A stretch of 64,000 nt of DNA from an uncultured Oscillospiraceae bacterium (GTDB lineage: Bacteria; Bacillota; Clostridia; Oscillospirales; Oscillospiraceae): NCBI GenBank assembly GCA_964472725.1, contig CAYYLZ010000001.1, positions 3,336-67,335 on the forward strand, given 5' to 3'. The notes under the pieces are model-generated. The model was not told the origin of the DNA, made no database searches, and saw only the letters and a list, made by a program, of their open reading frames with translations. Position 1 is the first letter of the stretch; each line of letters starts with the position of its first letter. The position numbers and the translations under genes are program-made. Positions 1 to 9,726 of the stretch are shown piece after piece.

Positions 1-35
1 ACTTCATCCTGTTTGCCATAGAGCAGCTTCATGAA

Positions 36-1064
36 ATGCGGTACAGTAAGAAAAGGCCGTTTAAGTATATCAACGGCGATGAGATATATGCGACCCTGAA
101 AAGGGTTACAAGCAATGATGGTGTGCTGCGAGGAAAAGTAAATGAGGTCGATCGAAACACCGTGACGGTCAGTGCGGCATATAAAACGCAGATACTGTAC
201 TTTAGCGATAAAAACCTGGAACCCAGATTTCCAATGCTGCGTAAGAGAAAAGTGGATTATGATGTTAAATACTGCTTTCCGGCGATGGGCAAAGAATTCT
301 ACGTAACCCGGGACGAAGCAGAATTTTGGCTCAACTTCTATCTGCGGGAAAAGCAATGGGGAACAAACCTGGCGGTGCTGTTGAGCGATTATAATCCGGA
401 GCTTTCACAAAACAAAAAACGGATAGAAGTGTGTGCCGAAATATGGGGCAACCTGGACTCTTCCAGAATCATTGCGACGCTGATGAGTATACCTTCGCCT
501 GCATACCGCCTGAGCTACGCAAACAGCATATTGCGAGCGTATTTCCGGCATTTGGAGGAGCGAACTGCGGAAAAGTTTTCGTGGACTGAGTTTGTCGGAC
601 TGTGCAATTCACAGAAAAATATATGGGGTGCAGTGGAGAACCTTAGTACACCGCCTTTCTCCGAAACTCTCCAACAACTGAATGAAACGGCGTTTGCAGT
701 TCTGCTGGCAGTGTGGATAGCTATGCAGTCCGCCATGCAAAATAAAGGAGAACCGCTGATTCACGGAAAATTGCCTGCTGAAGATTCAGCACGAGCCATT
801 CTTAACGATGACATTCTGCTCAAACAGCTGCAGGAAAATTTGTGTGGGACGGCGCAGGCGGAAGTGGAGCGAATCTGTGGTATAAGCAACTCCACAGGCC
901 TCACAGAACTAAAAAAACGCTGGCCTCTGCTTTTACTGGAAAATTGCAGCAGCAAACATATTCAGAATCTGATAGCAACTAGAGACTATGATAAGGCACC
1001 GGAGACCGGCGACAACAAAAGCTTTGCCGGCATACAAGAACAATGCTATATAGCAGAAAAATAA
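36..1064 (+). CDS. hypothetical protein; the frame stays open to the window edge, so the true start may lie upstream
   Basis: 342-codon ORF in the track. I recognise no motif. No stop in frame between position 3 and 36. Confidence 0.45.
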   Translation: MRYSKKRPFKYINGDEIYATLKRVTSNDGVLRGKVNEVDRNTVTVSAAYKTQILYFSDKNLEPRFPMLRKRKVDYDVKYCFPAMGKEFYVTRDEAEFWLNFYLREKQWGTNLAVLLSDYNPELSQNKKRIEVCAEIWGNLDSSRIIATLMSIPSPAYRLSYANSILRAYFRHLEERTAEKFSWTEFVGLCNSQKNIWGAVENLSTPPFSETLQQLNETAFAVLLAVWIAMQSAMQNKGEPLIHGKLPAEDSARAILNDDILLKQLQENLCGTAQAEVERICGISNSTGLTELKKRWPLLLLENCSSKHIQNLIATRDYDKAPETGDNKSFAGIQEQCYIAEK

Positions 1065-1176
1065 TAAAAAGTCAACCCCCGAAAGTCGGTATTTTTAGAA
1101 GAAGATTCCGAGTTTCGGGGGTCGGTTTTTGATTTTGATTCTGCTACGCTTATGTCACAAGAAAGGAGGAAATGCC

Positions 1177-2925
1177 ATGACTTATGATGAATACTGGCAT
1201 ACGCCCAAGGCGAGCAGACCGCCGCCCGAAAATACGGACGAGGAGAAGCTTCGCAAACGTGTTGTGGCAAGGGGCGTGAACCCTTATGAGCGGGAGGATA
1301 TCCCGGAAAGCTTCGAGGTAATAGAGGCACCGGAAGGCTGGGTGACAGCTGCTTTGGGAAGCATACCCAAGAAATTCTGCCCTAAGCAGGCAGTGTGCAT
1401 CTGTTCCCCGACCGGCACCGGCAAAACTACCCTTGTGTCGTATATAACGAAGTTTTGCAGGGGAAATGGCAAGGTTCTTCTGCTTGAACCCAGAACGATG
1501 ATTGCCGAGCAGCAGAAAATGATCTTGAGCACAAGTCTGAAATCTAAGTGGAAAGATGTGAAAGATCCGTTGGCGTTCAGGTACAACGACGAGTATGAGG
1601 ACGTAGGACTGACGGTGATGACGTATCAGAAGTTTGCGGTAAGGTATAAAAGTATGGACCTGAGCAAATACAGCTGGGTCATAATGGACGAGATACATTT
1701 TGTCCATACCGATGTGCTGTTTTCGGCAAATATCGATGGGTTGCTCACAAAGCTGCCGCGGCTTTTTGCCGATGCCAAGCGGGTGTACATGTCGGCCACG
1801 CCGGAGGCGGTGCTGGATGACATCAGCAGGGTAGAGGCGGAGGCGATGAACGAATGCAGCCCCGGAAGGATATGTTATCGCGAAAGCTGCGGTAAGATGC
1901 TATATTACAAGTTTCCAGACCGCCTTGATCGGGTGAAGCTTCATTACTACGGTACTCGGCAGGAAATTGTGGAGCTGGTGAAAAAGTACCCCGGGGATAA
2001 GTTCGTAATTTTTGTAGCGGCGAGGGAGAACGGTGACGGCAGTACAGCCGGTTCGTTTGTCAAGCTGCTTCAGGACGAGGACATAACCGTGGACTACCTT
2101 GATAGGTATAAAAAGAATACACAGACCTGGGAGTACGTTTGTCATATGCAGGATTTTCAGGCGAGGGTGCTTGTGTGTACCAGCGTGCTTGATTGCGGGA
2201 TAAATCTGAAAAATCCTGCCCTGAAGCACATTGTGGTCGAATCAACAGACCGCACGGAGCTTATACAGATGATAGGCAGAAAGCGTCTGAAGGACGGAGA
2301 ACAAGTGAATGTGTATGTTGCAAATGTGGACGAAGACACCGTGGATTACCGGCTGTCGCAGGTGAATGAATGGCTGGAGATCGCTGATGAATGCAGACGG
2401 GCGTTTACAGATGACGCGCATTTTTCACTGCTGTGGCGTGGTTGGACGGACGAGATGCCCGGCAGACCCTTTGAGCATCTGCTTTATCCCACCGGCGGCG
2501 GGCGGCTGAAAGTGAAGCCTGCGGCATATAACACGCTGCGCCGTAGGCAAGCAACGCTGGAGCGCTTGAAGCGTGATTTGGAAACCTATGGGGATTCGGC
2601 GTTTCCTAGGATTGTGCACGAGTGGCTGGGGCAGCCGGAGTCGTATTCGGAGATGAATTGGCTCATCCGTAGTTTATATTCAACGGATAAGAAGGCGCTG
2701 CTGAGCTTCCTAATGGAGCGTGCGGAAGCGCCGATACCCGCTTCGGAGTGGCCGGACGTTCTGCAAACGCTGCGAGAGCTGGTTATCAAGGTTGTGAAGA
2801 AGCAGCACGATGATACCCGTCAGTTAGGCTGGAAAGCCCTCAATGACAGGCTGAGGGAGGCCGAACTGCCTTATGTGATAACACCCGGTGAAAACGAGAG
2901 TTTCATGATACAGCGTGAAGAATAA
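1177..2925 (+). CDS. superfamily 2 (DEAD/DEAH-type) helicase
   Basis: Walker A SPTGTGKTT, DEIH box (MDEIHF), SAT motif, C-terminal QMIGRKR. Start moved to ATG 1177, which follows AGGAGG at 1165-1170. Confidence 0.75.
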   Translation: MTYDEYWHTPKASRPPPENTDEEKLRKRVVARGVNPYEREDIPESFEVIEAPEGWVTAALGSIPKKFCPKQAVCICSPTGTGKTTLVSYITKFCRGNGKVLLLEPRTMIAEQQKMILSTSLKSKWKDVKDPLAFRYNDEYEDVGLTVMTYQKFAVRYKSMDLSKYSWVIMDEIHFVHTDVLFSANIDGLLTKLPRLFADAKRVYMSATPEAVLDDISRVEAEAMNECSPGRICYRESCGKMLYYKFPDRLDRVKLHYYGTRQEIVELVKKYPGDKFVIFVAARENGDGSTAGSFVKLLQDEDITVDYLDRYKKNTQTWEYVCHMQDFQARVLVCTSVLDCGINLKNPALKHIVVESTDRTELIQMIGRKRLKDGEQVNVYVANVDEDTVDYRLSQVNEWLEIADECRRAFTDDAHFSLLWRGWTDEMPGRPFEHLLYPTGGGRLKVKPAAYNTLRRRQATLERLKRDLETYGDSAFPRIVHEWLGQPESYSEMNWLIRSLYSTDKKALLSFLMERAEAPIPASEWPDVLQTLRELVIKVVKKQHDDTRQLGWKALNDRLREAELPYVITPGENESFMIQREE

Positions 2926-2937
2926 GGAGGAAAAATA

Positions 2938-3456
2938 ATGGCAATATTGTATGAAGTAAGAAATGGCAGTAAGGATTATGCACCCCTTGCCCGTGAAAGG
3001 CTGTTTGAGGAGCTTTGCAGTGCAGAACTGAACGGAAATGTGAAATGCGGCGGTTGTTTTATTTCGCCCATTAACCCGGTTGCCAGCATGGATGAAGTGG
3101 CTCAGTTTTACGGTGAAATCGGAGGATTGCAGTTAGTGCATTTCATCGTGGAGTTTGAGCCCATTGAGATGAGAGATCCTGACAACGCGGGCCACATTGC
3201 CAATCTGCTGGCGCAGGATATCGGCGGCAGATACCAGACGTTCTGGGTGCTGCATGATAATGATGAATATCTGCATTTCCATTTTATCATCAACCCCGTC
3301 AGTTACATTGACGGCAGCAGATATCCCGATGCAAATGATTCGAGCAATCTTGAATTTGTGAAGCTCAGGGCGACGCTGGAGGTGATCCTGCGCTGCAACA
3401 GGGTGCGTTCTTTGCAGTATGTTCCCGCCTGCGTAGGTAATATCCCCGCATCATAA
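2938..3456 (+). CDS. short relaxase/mobilisation-nuclease-like protein (MobA/VirD2-type histidine motif)
   Basis: HDNDEYLHFHFIINPVSY resembles the HxDx(n)HxH relaxase motif. AGGAGG lies upstream and the gene is tightly coupled to the helicase. At 172 aa it is probably a truncated or minimal form. Confidence 0.45.
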   Translation: MAILYEVRNGSKDYAPLARERLFEELCSAELNGNVKCGGCFISPINPVASMDEVAQFYGEIGGLQLVHFIVEFEPIEMRDPDNAGHIANLLAQDIGGRYQTFWVLHDNDEYLHFHFIINPVSYIDGSRYPDANDSSNLEFVKLRATLEVILRCNRVRSLQYVPACVGNIPAS

Positions 3457-3532
3457 GCCATACGCATAAGAGAACGCCGTACCGCTTATTTGCCGATAAC
3501 GATAATGTGATTTGAGATAAGGAGGTGACCGG

Positions 3533-3688
3533 GTGGCGGATAAATCAGCAGAAAAGGCGCGCATACAGCGCGGCCTGACCCTGCAATACTACAATAGAAT
3601 TCTTATGGAAAAAGGCCTCATAAGCGAGCGCGACTACCGTCGCCTGGCCCTCTGCATAAGGACGAAGTATAAGTTAAACGCAAAATAA
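3533..3688 (+). CDS. small basic protein (51 aa), function unknown
   Basis: GTG start 7 nt after AAGGAGGTG. Translates to VADKSAEKARIQRGLTLQYYNRILMEKGLISERDYRRLALCIRTKYKLNAK. A terminator follows directly. Below the ORF-track length cutoff. Confidence 0.35.
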   Translation: MADKSAEKARIQRGLTLQYYNRILMEKGLISERDYRRLALCIRTKYKLNAK

Positions 3689-3716
3689 AACCCGGGATGT
3701 CTCGGGTTTTATTTTT
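3687..3716 (+). terminator. rho-independent terminator
   Basis: Stem cccggg/ctcggg with loop atgt, flanked by an A-run and ttttattttt. Confidence 0.7.
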
Positions 3717-4029
3717 GTAATAGTAGTCAAAATTGTGCTAGCGTTATTATTATTTTTGTGTATAGGCATCGATTAAAAACCGAGGACACGGTAGCTAATT
3801 GACGATAATGCTAGGTGCTTGCTTGAGAACAGAACGATGTGTATTCAAGGGTGAAATCTTAAACCATTGTATTTTAGAAAAAAATATTTTATAATATTTT
3901 AAAGTTTTAAATTACTTGTTTTAGTGCAATGTCAAGAGACTATATGGGTTTTGCTGCGTGCGACTAGTATGTTGCGGGGGAAATTGTTGAGGGCCTAATG
4001 TTATAGAATGGCTTGGGGAGGATGTACTA

Positions 4030-4299
4030 ATGAAGGTTTTTGATAATCTTACGAACATAGTTCGAGACGATATGGAGGCAATAATCGCGCGGAACAGCCG
4101 AGTGTCTATTGCCGCTGCCTGCTTTTCGATGTATGCTTACAATGAACTGCAGAAGCAGCTTGAAGATGTGGATGAATTGCGCTTTATCTTTACATCCCCC
4201 ACCTTTATTGCAGAAAAAACCAAACAAAAACGAGAATTCTATATTCCAAAGCATAACCGCAAGCAGAGCTTAAACAAATTATGCCCATCCATTACCTGA
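4030..4299 (+). pseudogene. N-terminal fragment (89 codons) of a large restriction-associated PLD-like/helicase-type protein
   Basis: MKVFDNLTNIVRDD...SIAAACFSMYAYNEL...DELRFIFTSPTF...REFYIP matches, from memory, the N-terminus of proteins longer than 900 aa. Here it stops after 89 codons inside an AT-rich block. Confidence 0.4.
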
Positions 4300-4326
4300 C
4301 AAATAAACCTACAGGAGGAAAGCGCA

Positions 4327-5805
4327 GTGTCTCGCAGCAATGATCATAAATGGTGGGAGTATTGCCAGAATAACTTTAACGAAGGTATAAAATACGGCAT
4401 ATTTCCTGAATTATACGCTTCAGAAGTTCAGTACAAAGCAGCGCTTGAAGAGGCAAAGGAAAGGTGGTCACTTCTACTGGAATATGCTGCAGACAATGGT
4501 ATTAGCCGAGATGAATATGACACTGATGAGGAATTTATAGAAGCTGTTGAAGAAATAAAATATGAGTGGAGATTATCTGCTTTTGGCGGGGCGGAGTATG
4601 GTATATATCCGGAAGATTATGAAACAGAGGAAGAATACCAAAATGCAGTTATGGAGGCAGGAATAAAAGCTATCGATTTAGATGATAGACTTAAATATGC
4701 CAAGATGATTGCAGATAACTACAATATAAGCCAATATTTAGCAAACGGTTTTCCAGACGAGAGAACAAAAGAAGCTGCTAAGCAACTTTGTGCGATTATT
4801 GAAGGAACGGCATTAATTCCTGTTGACACCAATATTGAAGACGAAACAGAGAAATGCCTATTAATACTAAAGGGTGAGAACACCGCGAGCAAATACATAA
4901 CCGTTTGGGATGGAATTCTATTCTCTAAGGCAATAAAGGATAATTTTAATGTAAATGTATGTATAGAAGAAGAGGACAACGAGCAAAACAATGATTTTTC
5001 AGATATTTATCGGTCCCTTGCTGAAGATACTGATATCGCTGTCGAGGTGTGGGCCTGGTTAGTTAAGGAATTTAGTCCATATAAAAAATACATGCGCTAT
5101 AATCAAAGTATTTATAATGAAATTCTTGATAGCTATTCTGATTACCCTGATTCTTTTCTGGAAAAAGCAGCGATAAAACTTGGAGAGGATAAGCTATTCA
5201 GAGAAGAACTCCTTACGAACAACGAAGAATTTCCATATGAAATATATGAATACATTGTAAAGGCTATCGAGCTCAGATTATATAATGTGGCTTCATTAAT
5301 ATTAGAAGCTACTTTAGCAAATCCAATTGCCAGCAGTAAACATCTTAAATATTTAATAAATGATATAATAGACGGGTGTGAAAGCAAGGATCTTGACGGA
5401 AGGCTTATGAGGGCGTTTCAACGTAAACTCATTCCAATTATTGAAAAAGTAAATAATAAACAAATCCAACTACTCTTACCAACGCTTAAAGAAAGAGCGT
5501 CTGAATATCTAGCTGATTATCCCGAACCTAAACCATTGCCTATAACTAATGATATATTAGATGGTATCGAATGTATCGGAGATATTTATACAATTTACTG
5601 TGCAAAATTCCCATTCAGCACGATAAAGTACCACTGCGTAAGTAACGGTGAGAATTATCAAACTGGTGATAAAGTTTTGGCATTGGTAAAAGGAGAAGAA
5701 ATAGTACTTGAAATAGTATCGTGCGAAAAATATTATGCAGATAATTGCCCAATAGAGCCTATTGATGCAGCATTAATTATCCGTAAGATGAAAATAAGTA
5801 TATGA
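4327..5805 (+). CDS. hypothetical acidic protein with internal E/Y-rich repeats
   Basis: GTG start 8 nt after AGGAGG. Three related segments (FPELYASEVQYKAALEEA, EYDTDEEFIEAVEE, YPEDYETEEEYQNAVMEA). AT-rich codon usage. Confidence 0.55.
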   Translation: MSRSNDHKWWEYCQNNFNEGIKYGIFPELYASEVQYKAALEEAKERWSLLLEYAADNGISRDEYDTDEEFIEAVEEIKYEWRLSAFGGAEYGIYPEDYETEEEYQNAVMEAGIKAIDLDDRLKYAKMIADNYNISQYLANGFPDERTKEAAKQLCAIIEGTALIPVDTNIEDETEKCLLILKGENTASKYITVWDGILFSKAIKDNFNVNVCIEEEDNEQNNDFSDIYRSLAEDTDIAVEVWAWLVKEFSPYKKYMRYNQSIYNEILDSYSDYPDSFLEKAAIKLGEDKLFREELLTNNEEFPYEIYEYIVKAIELRLYNVASLILEATLANPIASSKHLKYLINDIIDGCESKDLDGRLMRAFQRKLIPIIEKVNNKQIQLLLPTLKERASEYLADYPEPKPLPITNDILDGIECIGDIYTIYCAKFPFSTIKYHCVSNGENYQTGDKVLALVKGEEIVLEIVSCEKYYADNCPIEPIDAALIIRKMKISI

Positions 5806-5811
5806 AATAAT

Positions 5812-5848
5812 AGGTGAAAAGCAGGATACTTATCCCTGTTTTTCACCT
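5812..5848 (+). terminator. hairpin downstream of 4327..5805 (weak T-tract)
   Basis: aggtgaaaagcagg / ccctgtttttcacct with an 8-nt loop. Confidence 0.45.
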
Positions 5849-5938
5849 GTTTCACTGTTACGGTTGCAAAAGTCTACAATAATCCTCTTATATATGCGCC
5901 GTGAGGAACGGCAGCCATATTTGAAAGGATTTGACAAA

Positions 5939-6286
5939 ATGAGAAGAAAGATTACTGACGAGGAACTGTTGGCGCTTATCGAGAAAAACGAGAATTTTCG
6001 TGGGAAATACGCGGATTTGGTCAGGGTGGAGAAATTCAATGAAGTGTTGGAAATACTTGAATTTGAGCTGGCCGATATGATACCTGTACGGCAGATATCG
6101 GTTGCTCCGGCATCGCCAAAAGAGCGCTGGGGAATGATATACGCAGATATGCCCTGCGCGTTTTTTATGTCGGGAGAAAAACTGGAACTTATGAATATGT
6201 GCATGGCCAAAGCTGATGCGGTGACAATGGCGGTGGTTGATGGACACATACGTATCAGCTTCGGGTTTGACATTTGGCAAGAATAA
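5939..6286 (+). CDS. hypothetical protein (115 aa)
   Basis: ATG 5939 follows gaaagga. Preferred over the antisense ORFs 5830..6273 and 5888..6280, which have serine-rich or odd composition. Confidence 0.45.
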   Translation: MRRKITDEELLALIEKNENFRGKYADLVRVEKFNEVLEILEFELADMIPVRQISVAPASPKERWGMIYADMPCAFFMSGEKLELMNMCMAKADAVTMAVVDGHIRISFGFDIWQE

Positions 6287-6366
6287 AAAATATAAAAATT
6301 GAAAACTATCCTGTTTATAACCGATTTGATGTGATATACTAAAAAAAACTGCTAAGGAGTACGTTT

Positions 6367-7962
6367 ATGGATCGCTATAAAGAGTATTCAGATAAATATC
6401 GTAAGGTAATGGGATTCCTCAATAAGCATTTGCCTGAGACTGTAAAATCTGAGTTTGAAAAATTCTCACTGGCTGCAATTCTGCGTGTCTGGGGCAGTAA
6501 TGACCTTTACTCGCCGGACTATAAGTTTGCATTGAACCTTACATACGGCAAGGAATATAGTGTTGAGCAGATTATTACGGGAATGCGCTGCTGCTTTGAA
6601 CCGGAGCGCGAGATGGCAATTCCCGGCTTTTTTAAACAGCTGGTGAAGTATGACCTCACGATGGGCGGAAACCGCTGTGAGGAGTTTATTTCCCATTTCA
6701 ATGAGTTGTTGGTTTTGGGTACGTTGGTCAACAGAGACTTTACTATAGACGAGTCCAACGCGATAATGGGGATAATAGGACGTCTTGAGCGATACTGCGA
6801 GCTTGAGGGTTTGAAAATAAAGAATCTGTCCGGACCGGGTGCCAAAGTTACACCGCTGCTTAAGGAAAGCTACCTTTCGAAGGTCGAAATTGAAGAGGAA
6901 GAAGAGAAGGACTCCGCGAAGTATAATTCGTGGGAAGTCATTGACAGCATAAAAGAAATTGTTTCTCCCGATTGGGATGGTACATTGCCCGGAGGTAAAG
7001 GAAGTGTAAACGGCGGGAAAAAGGACAAACCTGATATTATCCTGTCCGTTAATATCAATTCATCTGATGACGACGGCGGCAAGGTATCCGCTAGAAAAAA
7101 GCAGGAAGACAAGCTGCCTGAAGCAACGATAGATACAAGTAGCAGTTTTGACGAGCTGATGGATGAGCTTAACAGTCTTATAGGACTTGAGAGCGTTAAA
7201 AAAGATGTTCGCAGTCTAATGAATTTTCTGAAAATTGCCAAAGCGCGAAAAGACCGCGGTATGCAGGTCCCAACTATTTCTTATCACCTTGTATTTACCG
7301 GTAACCCCGGAACAGGTAAAACCACGATCGCTCGATTGATTGCTAAACTGTATTACCACATGGGCCTGCTCCCCAAAGGACAATTTGTCGAAGCTGACAG
7401 AAGCTCACTTGTTGCCGGATATCTTGGACAGACTGCCATTAAGACACAAAAAGTGATAGAGAGTGCTCTAGGTGGCGTGCTGTTCATTGATGAAGCCTAT
7501 GCACTTGCAGGGGAGAAGGACGATAATTACGGCACAGAAGCAATTGAAACCCTCCTCAAGGCAATGGAAGATCACAGAGATGAGCTTGTAGTAATTGTTG
7601 CAGGTTACGATGAACTGATGGATAAATTCATCAATTCCAATCCTGGTTTGGCATCCAGATTCAATAAATATTTTAGATTCCCGGACTATACCGGTGAAGA
7701 GATGCGTGATATTTTCAAGCGTTTCTGCGATACAAACGGTTATTCCATTACTGGTGATATAGAAACGGAACTTCTGAAGTATTTTACCGAACTGTACTTT
7801 GATCGTGGAGAAAACTTCGGTAATGCCAGAACAGTAAGAAATCTCTTTGAACGCGTTATACAGAAGCAGGCAGATAGACTTGCTGTTGCTGACAGTTTTA
7901 CAAATGAGGAACTGGAGTGTATTACTGATTCTGATATCACAACGGCAATAGAAAGTATGTAA
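6367..7962 (+). CDS. AAA+ ATPase of the CbbX/SpoVK type with an unrecognised N-terminal region of about 270 aa
   Basis: Walker A GNPGTGKTT, Walker B VLFIDEAYAL, VVIVAGY and NPGLASRF motifs typical of the family. AAGGAG RBS. Confidence 0.8.
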   Translation: MDRYKEYSDKYRKVMGFLNKHLPETVKSEFEKFSLAAILRVWGSNDLYSPDYKFALNLTYGKEYSVEQIITGMRCCFEPEREMAIPGFFKQLVKYDLTMGGNRCEEFISHFNELLVLGTLVNRDFTIDESNAIMGIIGRLERYCELEGLKIKNLSGPGAKVTPLLKESYLSKVEIEEEEEKDSAKYNSWEVIDSIKEIVSPDWDGTLPGGKGSVNGGKKDKPDIILSVNINSSDDDGGKVSARKKQEDKLPEATIDTSSSFDELMDELNSLIGLESVKKDVRSLMNFLKIAKARKDRGMQVPTISYHLVFTGNPGTGKTTIARLIAKLYYHMGLLPKGQFVEADRSSLVAGYLGQTAIKTQKVIESALGGVLFIDEAYALAGEKDDNYGTEAIETLLKAMEDHRDELVVIVAGYDELMDKFINSNPGLASRFNKYFRFPDYTGEEMRDIFKRFCDTNGYSITGDIETELLKYFTELYFDRGENFGNARTVRNLFERVIQKQADRLAVADSFTNEELECITDSDITTAIESM

Positions 7963-7987
7963 GCAAAAGCGGAGGTGTGACTATATA

Positions 7988-8896
7988 ATGTTGGCTGCCC
8001 AAAACTATTCATATTGGCTGATTGAAGAAATCGACGCTGCACGACTTGCTTTGCTTGGTGTACTGGAAGAGGAAGATAGGCTGCTACTCAGTGAAGCACC
8101 TGCCCTGAAAGCTGAGTACATGGAAAAAATAGGCTCGTATGAGCAGACTGTTATGGAGTCGGAGCTGGAAGCCGCACTACTGGAAAAGAAGCTCGAGCTT
8201 ATAATGAAGGCTATTAATCGTCGTGAGCCTGTGGATATGACAAAAATTGAGTCTGAACTGGAAACCTATAAAAAAGAGCTCTTAAAAGAATTAGATTTGG
8301 GCGATATGAGTTCCGGAAGGCAAAACCGCGAAGAGTGGCCTGAAGAAAAAGAAAAAGAATTCCAGGCTATGTACCGAGCAATTCTCGATCATTTTCACCC
8401 GACATTAAATCCGGATATAACTAAAACGCAGCGTGATTTATATAATAAAGCTGTGGATGCATACAGACGTCATAATTTTGATGCGCTGCAGCTTGTCTAT
8501 GATATGCTTTTTGTAAAGAGATATTTGAATATAACACTTAAGCGCGGTGGATTAGTAGGAAAAGATGATGCGAATTTGGCTGCTCAGTATAAAACTGAGT
8601 ACAGCTTGTCCGATTATTCGTTAGCAGGGGAGTTGTACACATGCTTTGAACGTCTCGAGTCAGATGCAATACTTGAAAAGGAGGCGGCTAAGTACAGGGC
8701 TGAATATAAGCGCAGATACATTGAGATTGAACAGTTGATGGAGAGCTTCCCCTTTAATGCCCGAGACACATTAACTGACCCTTCTAAAACAGATGAATAT
8801 GTGCAGCAGCTGCGTTCGCGTCACGAAAGGAGCAAGTCGGATATAGCGGAGCTGGTAGCGCGTATCGACGAAGCAATGGAGGAAGCCAATGGATGA
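7988..8896 (+). CDS. coiled-coil protein with a J-domain-like segment (HPT in place of HPD)
   Basis: FQAMYRAILDHFHPTLNPDITKTQRDLYNKAVDAYRRHNFDALQLVYD follows the J-domain helix II-loop-helix III pattern. GGAGGTG RBS. Confidence 0.55.
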   Translation: MLAAQNYSYWLIEEIDAARLALLGVLEEEDRLLLSEAPALKAEYMEKIGSYEQTVMESELEAALLEKKLELIMKAINRREPVDMTKIESELETYKKELLKELDLGDMSSGRQNREEWPEEKEKEFQAMYRAILDHFHPTLNPDITKTQRDLYNKAVDAYRRHNFDALQLVYDMLFVKRYLNITLKRGGLVGKDDANLAAQYKTEYSLSDYSLAGELYTCFERLESDAILEKEAAKYRAEYKRRYIEIEQLMESFPFNARDTLTDPSKTDEYVQQLRSRHERSKSDIAELVARIDEAMEEANG

Positions 8897-9338
8897 AGCT
8901 GTAATGCAATATAAGGAAAGTCCTATTAGAAGCGGATTTTTCAACAGTGATCCATTTAAGCGGAAAAAGAAGCTGATCCTTGTTCTCAAGACAGGTATCG
9001 CCGGTCTGCAGTTCAATGTTGATGTTGATACAACGGAAGGGCAGAAACTGCTTGATAGATTGACACCCGGAACGGAACTTAGATTGTATAGAGATGCAGA
9101 TAACGAGTTCGATGAATGGGCGATAGCAGTCGAAACATGCGGCCAGGAAGCGTTGGGGCATATAACCCGCTTCAAAAACGAAACCATTGCACGCTTGATG
9201 GATCATGGTAAAAAATTCGTTGCCTTCGTTGACGAAAAAACAGAAGATGAGGAAGAATACGAAGAGAGAAACATACGGCGAAAAAGAGCTCCTACAGAAA
9301 ATTTTGAATTACCGTTCTCTGTGTATATGGAAGAGTAA
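8889..9338 (+). CDS. HIRAN-domain protein
   Basis: IAGLQF...GTELRLYRDADNEFDEWAIAV...ALGHITRFKNETIARLMDHG matches the HIRAN pattern (L.L.RDP.NPYD.NAI.V...GH...A..L). Overlaps the upstream gene by 8 nt. Confidence 0.7.
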   Translation: MDEAVMQYKESPIRSGFFNSDPFKRKKKLILVLKTGIAGLQFNVDVDTTEGQKLLDRLTPGTELRLYRDADNEFDEWAIAVETCGQEALGHITRFKNETIARLMDHGKKFVAFVDEKTEDEEEYEERNIRRKRAPTENFELPFSVYMEE

Positions 9339-9343
9339 GCAAA

Positions 9344-9386
9344 CAGGACCGTATCCCGGTGCATTAGGGATACGGTCCTGCTTTTT
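9344..9386 (+). terminator. rho-independent terminator of the AAA/J-like/HIRAN operon
   Basis: 14-bp stem caggaccgtatccc / gggatacggtcctg followed by cttttt. Confidence 0.8.
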
Positions 9387-9432
9387 GATTAATGCTGAAG
9401 TTTATTTTGAAGCGATATTGTATTATTTTGTG

Positions 9433-9624
9433 TTATGTTTTAGCTGCGAAAAGTGCAATCCACAGGATAATGCCAACGATGGTCAAAACTATGCCAATGA
9501 CTTTTTCTTTTGTACTGTCCTTGGTGAGCAGATAGATGCCGGCAATAGGCATCAAGACAATTGCAATAAGGACGATAAAAATCGCAAGTGCTCCGTCAGA
9601 ACTGCTATTTTGCTTTCGGTTCAT
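9433..9624 (-). CDS. small membrane protein (63 aa, two hydrophobic segments)
   Basis: AGGAGA then a 6-nt spacer to the ATG at 9624. Sequence MNRKQNSSSDGALAIFIVLIAIVLMPIAGIYLL...VIGIVLTIVGIILWIALFAA. Confidence 0.5.
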   Translation of the reverse strand: MNRKQNSSSDGALAIFIVLIAIVLMPIAGIYLLTKDSTKEKVIGIVLTIVGIILWIALFAAKT

Positions 9625-9726
9625 GGTCATTCTCCTTTGATACGTGATTGAGCTGTGTACCGTTGAGCTAAGCATACACCTACTGCTGTCCATTAATCTG
9701 TACTTTCAATCACGCTTCGGGTGTTT

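Noticed and set aside
5830-6280. Minus-strand ORFs 5830..6273 and 5888..6280 opposite the 115-aa gene
   Set aside because: They are serine-rich or of odd composition and lack an RBS. The plus-strand ORF has an RBS-like gaaagga and is co-oriented with the downstream operon. This call is still of modest confidence.
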